From the human T2T-CHM13v2.0 reference genome, Homo sapiens, in the NCBI RefSeq assembly GCF_009914755.1, contig NC_060933.1: 64,000 nucleotides of DNA, one strand, 5' to 3'. The number at the start of each line of letters is the position of its first letter. The first letter of the stretch is position 1. Shown here piece by piece: positions 12,487-25,800 of the stretch. The notes beneath the pieces were generated by a model, which saw only the letters and a list, made by a program, of their open reading frames with translations, was not told the origin of the DNA and did not search any database. Position numbers and translations under genes: made by a program.

Positions 12487-15400
12487 TGGAATGGAATGGA
12501 ATGGAATGGAATCAACCTGATTGCAATGGAATGGAGTGGAATGGAATGGAAACAACCCGAATGGAATGGAATGGCATGGAGTGTAAGGGAAGTGAATAGA
12601 ATCAATACGAATGTAATGGAATGGAAAGGAACGGAATGGAATGCAATGGAATGGAATGGAATCCAATGGAATGGGTTCAACCCGAGTGCAATGGAATGGA
12701 ATCGAAAGTAATGGAATGGAATGGAATGGATTCAACACCAATGGAATGGAAAGGAATGGAATCAACCCGAGTGGAATGGAATTTAATGGAATGGAATGGA
12801 ATGGAATGCAGTGAAATGGAATCAAACCTAGTGCAATGGAATGGAATGGAATGGAATGGAATGGAATGGATTAGATTCAACCCAAATGGAATGGAAAGCA
12901 ATGGAATCAACCCGAGTGGAATGGCATGGCATGGAATGGAATGGAATGGAATGGAATGGAAGGGTACGGAATAGAATGGAATGGAACGAAATGGAATGGA
13001 ATGGAATGGAATGGAATGGAATGGAATGGAATGGAATAGAATGGAATCCACCCGATTGCAGGGGAATGGAATGGAATGGAATGCAATGGAATGGAATGGA
13101 ATGGATTCAACCCGAATGGAATGGAAAGGAAAGGAATAAACCCGAGTGAAATGGCATGGAAGGGAATGGAATGGAATGCAATGGTACGGAGTAGAATGGA
13201 ATGGAACGAAATGGAATGGAATGGAATGGAATGGAATGGAATTGGATGGAATGAACCCGTGAGCAATGGAATGGAATGGAATGGAATGGAATGGAATGGA
13301 ATGGAATGGGTTCAACTCGAATGGAATGGAAAGGAATGGAATCAACCCGAGTGGAATGGCATGGAATGGAATGGAATGGAATGGAATGGAATGGAATGGA
13401 ATGGATTCAACCCGAATGGAATGGATTCAACCCGAATGGAATGGAAAGGAATGGAATAAACCCGAGTGGAATGGCATGGAATGGAGTGGAATGGAATGGA
13501 ATGGAAGGGAATGGTACGGAATAGAATGGAATGGAACGAAATGGAATGGAATGGAATGGAATGGAATGGAATGGAATGGAATGAACCCGTGTGCAATTGA
13601 ATGGAATCGAATGGAATGGAATGCAATGGAATGGATTCAACTAGAATGGAATGGAAAGGAATGGAATCAACTCGAGTGGAATGGCATGGCATGGAATGGA
13701 ATGGAATGGAATGGAATGGAATGGAAAGGTACGGAATAGAATGGAATGGAACGAAATGGAATGGAATGGAATGGAATGAATGGAATGGAATGGAATAGAA
13801 TGGAATCCACCCGATTGCAGGGGAATGGAATGGAACGGAATGCAATGGAATGGAATGGAATGGATTCAACCCGAATGGAATGGAAAGGAATGGAATCAAC
13901 CCGAGTGGAATGGCATGGAATGGAATGGAATGGAATGGAATGGAATGGTACGGAATAGAATGGAATGGAACGAAATGGAATGGAATGGAATGGAATGGAA
14001 TGGAATGGAATGGAATCAACCTGAGTGCAATGGAATGGAGTGGAATGGAATGTAATGGAACGGAAACAACCCGAATGAAATGGAATGTAATGGAGTGTAA
14101 GGGAATTGAATACAATCAATCCGAATGTAATGGAATGGAATGGAACGGAATGGAATGGAATGGAATGGAATGGAATGGAATGGAATGAAATGGAAAGGCA
14201 GGGAATGGAATGGAATCAACCCGAGTGCAAAGGAATGGAATGGAATGGAATGGAATGGAATGGAATGGAATGGATTCAACCCGAATGGAATGGAAAGGAA
14301 TGTAATAAACCTGAGTGGAATGGCATGGAATGGAATGGAATGGAATGGAATGGTACGGAATAGAATGGAATGGAACGAAATGGAATGGAATGGAATGGAA
14401 TGGAATGGAATCAACCTGAGTGCAATGGAATGGAGTAGAATGGAATGTAATGGAATGGAAACAACCCGAAAGGAATGGAAAGTAATGGAGTGTAAGGGAA
14501 TTGAGTACAATCAGTACGAATGTAATGGAATGGAATGGAACGGAATGGAATGGAATGGAAAGGAATGGAATCAACACGAGTGCAGGGGAATGGAATGGAA
14601 TGGAATGCAATGGAATGGAATCATCCTGAATGGAATGGAATGCAATGGAATGGAATCAATCAACCCGAGTGCAATAGAATGCAGAGGAATGGAATGGAAT
14701 GGAATGGAAACTACCCGAATGGAATGGAATGTAATGGAGTGTAAGGGAATTAAAAAGAATCAATCCGAATGTAATGGAATTGAACGGAAAGGAATGGAAT
14801 GGAATGGAACGGAATGGAATGGAATGGAATGAAATGGAATGGCATGGAATGGAATGGAATCAACCCGAGTTCAATGGAATGGAAAGGAATGGAATGGAAT
14901 AGAATGGAATGGAATGGAATGGAATGGATTCAACCCGAATGGAATGGAAAGGAATGGAATAAACCCGAGTGAAATGGCATGGAAGGGAATGGAATGGAAT
15001 GGAATGGTAAGGAATAGAATGGAATGGAACGAAATGGAATGGAATGGAATGGAATGGAATGGAATGGAATGGAATGGAATGAACCCGTGTGCAAAGGAAT
15101 GGAATGGAATGGAATGGAATGGAATGGAATGGAATAGAATGGAATGGGTTCAACTGGAATGGAATGGAAAGGAATGGAATCAACCCGAGTGCAATGGAAT
15201 GGAGTGGAATGGAATGGAATGGAATGGAATCAACCCGAGTGCAATGGAATGGAATGGAATGGAATGGAATGGAATGGAATGGAATGAATTCAACCCGAAT
15301 GGAATGGAAAGGAATGGAATAAACCCGAGTGGAATGGCATGGAATGGAGTGGAATGGAATGGAATGGAATGGTACGGAAGAGAATGGAATGGAACGAAAT

Positions 15401-18400
15401 GGAATGAAATGGAATAGAATGGAATGGAATGGAATGGAATGGAATGAACCCGTGAGCAATGGAATGGAATCGAATGGAATGGAATCGAATGGAATGGATT
15501 CAACTCGAATGGAATGGAAAGTAATGGAATCAACCCGAGTGGAATGGCATGGAATGGAATCGAATGGAATGGAAAGGAATGGAATCAACCCGAGTGCAGA
15601 GGAATGGAATGGAATGGAAGGCAATGGATTGGAATGAAATGGAATGGCATGGAATGGAATGGAATCAACCCGAGTTCAATGGAATTGAATGGAATGGAAT
15701 GGAATGGAATGGAATGGAATAAACTCGATTGCAAAGGAATGGAATGGAATGGAATGGAATGGAATGGAATGGAATGGAATGGAATGGAATTAACCCTAAT
15801 AGAATGGAATGGAATGGAATAGAATGGAATGGAATGGAAGGGAATGGAATGGAATGGAATGGAATTAACCCGAATAGAATGGAATGGAATGGAATTGAAT
15901 GGAATGGAATGGAATGGAATCAACTCGATTTCAATGGAATGGAATGGAATGGAATGGAATGGAATCGAATGGAATCCACCCGAGTGCAGGGGAATGGAAT
16001 GGAATAGAATGCAATGGAATGGAATCATACGGAATGGAATGGAATGGAATGGAATTGAATGGAATGGAAAGGAATGGAAACAACCCGAATGGAATGGAAT
16101 GTGATGGATTGTAAGGGAATTGAATAGAATCAATCCGAATGTAATGGAATTGAATGGAACGGAATGGAATGGAATGGAATGGAATGGAATGGAATGCAAA
16201 GGAATGGGATCAACCCGAGTGCAATGGAATGGAATCGAAAGGAATGGAATGGAATGGAAAGGCTTCACCCCGAATGGAATGGAAAGGAATGGAATCAACC
16301 CGAGTTGAATGGAATGGAATGGAATGGAATGGAATGGAATGGAATGGAATGGAATGGAATGCAATGGAATGGAACGGAATCGAATCAACCCGATTGCAAT
16401 GAAACTGAATGGAATGGAATGGAATGGAATGGAATTAACCCAAATAGAATGGAATGGAATGGAATGGAATGGTATGGAATGGAATGGAACGGAATGGAAT
16501 GGAATGGAATTGAATGGAATCAACCCGGGTGCAGGGGAATGCAATTGAATGGAAGGCAATGGAATGCAATCATCCGAAATGGAATGGAATTGAAAGGAAT
16601 GGAATGGTTTCAACCCGAATGGAATGGAATGGAAAGGAATCAACCCGAGTGGAATGGCATGGAATGGAATGGAATGGAATGGAATGGAATGGAATGGAAT
16701 GGTATGGAATAGAATGGAATGGAACGAAATGGAATGGAAGGGAATGGAATGGAATGGAATGGAATGGAATCAACCCGACTGCAATGGAATGGAGTGGAAT
16801 GGAATGGAATGGAATGGAAACAACCCGAATGGAATGGAATGTAATGGAGTGTAAGGGAATTGAATACAATCAATACGAATGTAATGGAATGGAATGGAAC
16901 GGAATGGAATGGAATGGAATGGAATGGAATGGAATGGAATGGATTCAACCCAAATGGAATGGAAAGCAATGGAATCAACCCGAGTGGAATGGCATGGAAC
17001 GGAATGGAATGGAATGGTATGGAATAGAATGGAATGGAAACAAATGGAATGGAATGGAATGGAATGGAACGGAATGGAATGGAAAGGAATGGAATGGAAT
17101 GGAATGGAATAGAATGGAATGGAACGAAATGGAATGGAATGGAACGGAATGGAATGGAATCAATCCGAGTGGAATAGAAGGGAATGCAATCGAGTAGAAT
17201 GGAAAGGAATGGAATCAACCAGAGTGGAATGGAAGGGAATGGAATGGAATGGAATGGAATGGAATGGAATGGAATGGAATCAAGTCGATTGCAATGGAAT
17301 GTAATGGAATGGAGTGGAATGGAATTAACGCGAATAGAATGGAATGGAATGGAATGGAATGGAATGGAATCAACCTGAGTGCAGGGGAATGGAGTGCAAT
17401 GGAATGCAATGGAATGCAAAGGAATGGAATGGAATGGAATGGAATCAACGCGAGTACAGGGGAATGGAATTTAATGGAATGCAATGGAATGGAATCTTCC
17501 GGAATGGAATGGAATGGAATGGAATCAACCCGAGTGCAATGGAATGGAGAGGAATGGAATGGAATGGAATGGAACAACCCGAATGGAATCGAATGTAATG
17601 GAGAGTAAGGGAGTTGAATAGAATCAATCCGAATGTAATGGAATGGAATGGAACGGAATGGAATTGAATGGTATCGAATGGAATGCAATGGAATGGAATC
17701 AACCCGAGTGCAATGGAATGGAGAGGAATGGAATGGAATGGAATGGAAACTACCCGAATGGAATGGAATGTAATGGAGTGTAAGGGAATTGAATAGAATC
17801 AATCCGAATGTAATGGAATGGAATGGAACGGAATGGAATGGAATGGAATGGAATGGAATGGAATGGAATGGAATGGAATGGAATACAATGGAATGGAATC
17901 AACCCGAGTGCAATCGAATGGAATGGAATGGAATGGAATGCAATGGAATGGATTCAACTTGAATGGAATGGAAAGAATGGAATCAATACGAGTGGAATGG
18001 CATGGATTGGAATGGAATGGAATGGAATCAACCCGAGTACAGGGGAATGGAATGGAATGGAATGCAATGGAATGGAATCATCCGTAATGTAATGGAAAGG
18101 AATGGAATGGAATGGAATGGAATGGAATGGAATGGAATGGAATCAACTCGATAGCAATCGAATGGAATGGAATGGAATTAACCCAAATAGAATGGAATGG
18201 AATGGAATGGAACGGAACGGAATGGAATGCAATGGAATGGAATAGAATGGAATGGAACGGAACGGAATGGAATGGAATGGAATGGAATGGAATGGAATGG
18301 AATCAACGCGAGTGCAGGGAAATGGAATTGTATGGAATGCAATGGAATGGAACCTTCCGGAATGGAATGGAATGGAATGGAATGGCATGAAATGCAATGG

Positions 18401-21400
18401 ATTCAACTCGATTGCAATGGAATGGAATAGAATGGAATGGAATGGAATGGAATGGAATTAACCCGAATAGAATGGAATGGAATGGAATGGAACGGAATGG
18501 AACGGAATGGAATGGAATGGAATGGAATGGAATGGTATGGAATGGAATGGAATGGAATCAACCCGAGTGCAATGGAATGGAGTGGAATGGAATGGAATGG
18601 AATGGAACAACCCGAATGGAATGGAATGTAATGGAGAGTAAGGGAGTTGAATAGAATCAGTCCGAATGTAATGGAATGGAATGCAACGGAATGGAATGGA
18701 ATGGAATGGAATGGAATGGAATGGAATGGAATGGAATCAACCCGAGTACAATGGAATGGAATGGAATGGAATGGAATGGAATGGAATGGAATTGAATGGA
18801 ATGGAATGCCTTCAAACCGAATGGAATGGAAAGGAATGGAATCAACAAGAGTGGAATGGAATGGAATGGAATGGAATGGAATGGAATGGTACGGAATAGA
18901 ATGGAATGGAACGAAATGGAATGGAATGGAATGGAATGGAATGGAATGGAATGGAATGGAATGGAATGGAATCGATCCGAGTGGAATAGGAGGGAATGTA
19001 TTCGATTGGAATGGAAAGGAATGGAATCAACCAGAGTGGAATGGAAGGGAATGGAATGGAATGGAAACTAATAGAATGGAATCAACCCGAGTGGAATGGA
19101 ATGGAAAGGACTGGAATGGAATGGAATGGAATGGAATGGAATGGAATGGAATCAACTCGATTGTAATAGAATGGAATGGAATGGAATGGAATGGCATGGA
19201 ATGGAATTAACCCGAATAAAATGGAATGGAATGGAATGGAACGGAATGGAGTGGAATGGAATGGAATCAACCCGAGTGCAGGGGAATGGAATGGAATGGA
19301 ATGCAATGGAATGGAATCATCCGGAATGGAATGGAATGGAATGGAATGCAAAGCAATTGAATCAACTCGATTGCAATGGAATGGAATGGAATGGAAAGGA
19401 ATAGAATGGAATCAACCCGAGTGGAATGGAATGGAAAGGACTGGAATGGAGTGGAATGGAATGGAATGGAATGGAATGCAATCAACTCGATTGGAATGGA
19501 ATGGAATGGAATGGAATGGAATGGAATGGAATGGAATCAACTCGATTGCAATCGAATGGAATGGAATGGAATTAACCCGAATAGAATGGAATGGAATGGA
19601 ATGGAACGGAACGGAACGGAATGGAATGGAATGGAATGGAATGGAATGGAATCAACTCGAGTGCAGGGGAATGGATTGGAATGGAATGCAATGGAATGGA
19701 ATCTTCCGGAATGGAGTGGAAAGGAATGGAATGGAATGAAATGCAATGGGTTCAACTCGATTGCAATGGAATGGAATAGAATGGAATGGAATGGAATGGA
19801 ATGGAATTAATTCGAATAGAATGGAATGGAATGTAATGGAACGGAATGGAACGGAATGGAATGGAATGGAATGGAATGGTATGGAACGGAATGGAATGGT
19901 ACGGAATAGAATGGAATGGAACGAATTGTAATGGAATGGAATTGAATGGAATGGAATGGAATGGAATGGAATCAACGCGAGTGCAGGGGAATGTAATGGA
20001 ACGGAATGCAATGGAATGGAATCATCCGCAATGGAATGGAATGGAATGGAATGGAATGGAATGGAATCAACCCAAGTGCAATGGAATGGAGTGGAATGGA
20101 ATGGAATGGAATGGAACAACCCGAATGGAATGGAATGTAATGGAGAGTAAGGGAGTTGAATAGAATCAATCCGAATGTAATGGAATGGAATGCAACGGAA
20201 TGGAATGGAATGGAATGGAATGGAATGCAATGGGATTGAATCAACCCGAGTACAATGGAATGGAATGGAATCGAATGGAATGGAAGGGAATGGAATGGAA
20301 TGGAATGATACGGAATAGAATGGAATGGAACGAAATGGAATGGAATGGAATGGAATGGAATGGAATGGAATGGAATGGAATGGAATGGAATCGTTCCGAG
20401 TGGAATAGGAGGGAATGTATTCGAGTGGAATGGAAAGGAATGGAATCAACCAGAGTGGAATGGAAGGGAATGGAATGGAATGGAAACTAATAGAATGGAA
20501 TCAACCCGAGAGGAATGGAATGGAAAAGACTGGAATGGAATGGAATGGAATGGAATCAACTCGATTGTAATGGAATGGAATGGAATGGAATGGAATTAAC
20601 CCGAATAGAATGGAATTGAATGGAATGGAATGGAATGGAACGAAAAGGAAGGGAATCGAATGGAATAGAATGGAATGGAATGGAATCAACGCGAGTCCAG
20701 GGGAATGGAATGGAATGGAATGCAATGGAATGGAATCTTCCGGAATGGAATGGAATGGAATGGAATGGAATGGAATGGAATGGAATCAACCCGAGTGCAA
20801 TGGAATGGAGTCGAATGGAATGGAATGGAATGGAATGGAACAACCCGAATGGAATGGAATGTAATGGATAGTAAGGGAGTTGAATAGAATGAATCCGAAT
20901 GTAATGGAATGGAATGGAACGGAATGGAATTGAATGGAATGGAATGGAATGCAATGGAATGGAATCAACCCGAGTTCAATGGAATGGAGACGAATGGAAT
21001 GGAATGGAATGGAAACTACCCGAATGGAATGGAATGTAATGGAGTGTAAGGGAATTGAATAGCATCAATCCGAATGTAATGGAATGGAATGGAACGGAAT
21101 GGAATGGAATGGAATGGAATGGAATAGAATGCAATGGAATGGAATCAACCCGAGTGCAATCGAATGGAATCGAATGGAATGGAATGCAATGGAATGGATT
21201 CAACTTGAATGGAAGGGAAAGAATGGAATCAACACGAGTGGAATGGCATGGATTGGAATGGAATGGAATGGAATCAACCCGAGTACAGGGGAATGGAACG
21301 GAATGGAATGCAATGGAATGGAATCATCCGTAATGGAATGGAAAGGAATAGAATGGAATGGAATGGAATGGAATGGAATCAACTCGATTGCAATCGAATG

Positions 21401-22820
21401 GAATGGAATGGAATTAACCCGAATAGAATGGAATTGAATGGAATGGAACGGAACGGAATGGAATGGAATGGAATGGAATGAAATGGAATGGAACGGAAAG
21501 GAAGGGAATGGAATGGAATAGAATGGAATGGAATGGAATCAACGCGAGTGCAGGGGAATGGAATGGAATGGAATGCAGTGGAATGGAATCTTCCGGAACG
21601 GAATGGAATGGAATGGAATGGAATTTAATGGAATAGAATGGAATCAACCCGAGTGCAATGGAATGGAGTGGAATGGAATGGAATGGAATGGAACAACCCG
21701 ATGGAATGGAATGTAATGGAGAGTAAGGGAGTTGAATAGAATCAATCCGAATGTAATGGAATGGAATGGAACGGAATGGAATTGACTGGAATGGAATGGA
21801 ATGCAATGGAATGGAATCAACCCGAGTGCAATGGAATGGAGAGGAATGGAATGGAATGGAATGGAAACTACCCGAATGGAATGGAATGTAATGGAGTGTA
21901 AGGGAATTGAATAGAATCAATCCGAATGTAATGGAATGGAATGGAATGGAATGGAATGGAATGGAATGGAATGCAATGGAATGGAATGGAATGCAATGGA
22001 ATGGAATCAACCCGAGTGCAATCGAATGGAATCGAATGGAATGGAATGCAATGGAATGGATTCAACTTGAATGGAATGGAAAGAATGGAATCAACACGAG
22101 TGGAATGGCATGGATTGGAATGAAATGGAATGGAATCAACCCGAGTACAGGGGAATGAAATGGAATGGAATGCAATGGAATGGAATCATCCGTAATGGAA
22201 TGGAAAGGAATGGAATGGAATGGAATGGAATGGAATGGAATGGAATGGAATGGAATGGAATCAACTCGATTGCAATCGAATGGAATGGAATGGAATTAAC
22301 CCGAATAGAATGGAATGGAATGGAATGGAACGGAACGGAATGGAATGGAATGGAATGGAATGGAATGGAATGGAACGGAACGGAATGGAATGGAATTGAA
22401 TGGAATGGAATGGAATCAACGCGAGTGCAGGGGAATGGAATGGAATGGAATGCAATGGAATGGAATCTTCCGGAATGGAATGGAATGGAATGGAATGGAA
22501 TGGAATGGAATGGAATCAACCCGAGTGCAATGGAATGGAGTGGAATGGAATGGAATGGAATGGAACAACCCGAATGGAATGGAATATAATGGAGAGTAAG
22601 GGAGTTGAATAGAATCAATCCGAATGTAATGGAATGGAATGGAACGGAATGGAATTGAATGGAATGGAATGGAATGCAATGGAATGGAATCAACCCGAGT
22701 GCAATGGAATGGAGAGGAATGGAATGGAATGGAATGGAACTGAATGGAATGGAATGGAATGGAATCACCTCGAGTGCAGGGGAATGGAATGGAATGGAAT
22801 GCAATGGAATGGAATCTTCC
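12483..22820 (+). repeat. ~10.3-kb higher-order repeat, copy 2 (10,338 bp)
   Basis: Same landmark order as copy 1. Bounded by TCTTCCGG...CAACCTGATTGC junctions at ~12480 and ~22820. Confidence 0.95.
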
Positions 22821-25800
22821 GGAATGGAATGGAATGGAATGGAATGGAATCAACCTGATTGCAATGGAATGGAGTGGAATGGAATGGAAACAACCCGAAT
22901 GGAATGGAATGGCATGGAGTGTAAGGGAAGTGAATAGAATCAATACGAATGTAATGGAATGGAAAGGAACGGAATGGAATGCAATGGAATGGAATGGAAT
23001 CCAATGGAATGGGTTCAACCCGAGTGCAATGGAATGGAATCGAAAGTAATGGAATGGAATGGAATGGATTCAACACCAATGGAATGGAAAGGAATGGAAT
23101 CAACCCGAGTGGAATGGAATTTAATGGAATGGAATGGAATGGAATGCAGTGAAATGGAATCAAACCTAGTGCAATGGAATGGAATGGAATGGAATGGAAT
23201 GGAATGGATTAGATTCAACCCAAATGGAATGGAAAGCAATGGAATCAACCCGAGTGGAATGGCATGGCATGGAATGGAATGGAATGGAATGGAATGGAAG
23301 GGTACGGAATAGAATGGAATGGAACGAAATGGAATGGAATGGAATGGAATGGAATGGAATGGAATGGAATGGAATAGAATGGAATCCACCCGATTGCAGG
23401 GGAATGGAATGGAATGGAATGCAATGGAATGGAATGGAATGGATTCAACCCGAATGGAATGGAAAGGAAAGGAATAAACCCGAGTGAAATGGCATGGAAG
23501 GGAATGGAATGGAATGCAATGGTACGGAGTAGAATGGAATGGAACGAAATGGAATGGAATGGAATGGAATGGAATGGAATTGGATGGAATGAACCCGTGA
23601 GCAATGGAATGGAATGGAATGGAATGGAATGGAATGGAATGGAATGGGTTCAACTCGAATGGAATGGAAAGGAATGGAATCAACCCGAGTGGAATGGCAT
23701 GGAATGGAATGGAATGGAATGGAATGGAATGGAATGGAATGGATTCAACCCGAATGGAATGGATTCAACCCGAATGGAATGGAAAGGAATGGAATAAACC
23801 CGAGTGGAATGGCATGGAATGGAGTGGAATGGAATGGAATGGAAGGGAATGGTACGGAATAGAATGGAATGGAACGAAATGGAATGGAATGGAATGGAAT
23901 GGAATGGAATGGAATGGAATGAACCCGTGTGCAATTGAATGGAATCGAATGGAATGGAATGCAATGGAATGGATTCAACTAGAATGGAATGGAAAGGAAT
24001 GGAATCAACTCGAGTGGAATGGCATGGCATGGAATTGAATGGAATGGAATGGAATGGAATGGAAAGGTACGGAATAGAATGGAATGGAACGAAATGGAAT
24101 GGAATGGAATGGAATGAATGGAATGGAATGGAATAGAATGGAATCCACCCGATTGCAGGGGAATGGAATGGAACGGAATGCAATGGAATGGAATGGAATG
24201 GATTCAACCCGAATGGAATGGAAAGGAATGGAATCAACCCGAGTGGAATGGCATGGAATGGAATGGAATGGAATGGAATGGAATGGTACGGAATAGAATG
24301 GAATGGAACGAAATGGAATGGAATGGAATGGAATGGAATGGAATGGAATGGAATCAACCTGAGTGCAATGGAATGGAGTGGAATGGAATGTAATGGAACG
24401 GAAACAACCCGAATGAAATGGAATGTAATGGAGTGTAAGGGAATTGAATACAATCAATCCGAATGTAATGGAATGGAATGGAACGGAATGGAATGGAATG
24501 GAATGGAATGGAATGGAATGGAATGAAATGGAAAGGCAGGGAATGGAATGGAATCAACCCGAGTGCAAAGGAATGGAATGGAATGGAATGGAATGGAATG
24601 GAATGGAATGGATTCAACCCGAATGGAATGGAAAGGAATGTAATAAACCTGAGTGGAATGGCATGGAATGGAATGGAATGGAATGGAATGGTACGGAATA
24701 GAATGGAATGGAACGAAATGGAATGGAATGGAATGGAATGGAATGGAATCAACCTGAGTGCAATGGAATGGAGTAGAATGGAATGTAATGGAATGGAAAC
24801 AACCCGAAAGGAATGGAAAGTAATGGAGTGTAAGGGAATTGAGTACAATCAGTACGAATGTAATGGAATGGAATGGAACGGAATGGAATGGAATGGAAAG
24901 GAATGGAATCAACACGAGTGCAGGGGAATGGAATGGAATGGAATGCAATGGAATGGAATCATCCTGAATGGAATGGAATGCAATGGAATGGAATCAATCA
25001 ACCCGAGTGCAATAGAATGCAGAGGAATGGAATGGAATGGAATGGAAACTACCCGAATGGAATGGAATGTAATGGAGTGTAAGGGAATTAAAAAGAATCA
25101 ATCCGAATGTAATGGAATTGAACGGAAAGGAATGGAATGGAATGGAACGGAATGGAATGGAATGGAATGAAATGGAATGGCATGGAATGGAATGGAATCA
25201 ACCCGAGTTCAATGGAATGGAAAGGAATGGAATGGAATAGAATGGAATGGAATGGAATGGAATGGATTCAACCCGAATGGAATGGAAAGGAATGGAATAA
25301 ACCCGAGTGAAATGGCATGGAAGGGAATGGAATGGAATGGAATGGTAAGGAATAGAATGGAATGGAACGAAATGGAATGGAATGGAATGGAATGGAATGG
25401 AATGGAATGGAATGGAATGAACCCGTGTGCAAAGGAATGGAATGGAATGGAATGGAATGGAATGGAATGGAATAGAATGGAATGGGTTCAACTGGAATGG
25501 AATGGAAAGGAATGGAATCAACCCGAGTGCAATGGAATGGAGTGGAATGGAATGGAATGGAATGGAATCAACCCGAGTGCAATGGAATGGAATGGAATGG
25601 AATGGAATGGAATGGAATGGAATGAATTCAACCCGAATGGAATGGAAAGGAATGGAATAAACCCGAGTGGAATGGCATGGAATGGAGTGGAATGGAATGG
25701 AATGGAATGGTACGGAAGAGAATGGAATGGAACGAAATGGAATGAAATGGAATAGAATGGAATGGAATGGAATGGAATGGAATGAACCCGTGAGCAATGG

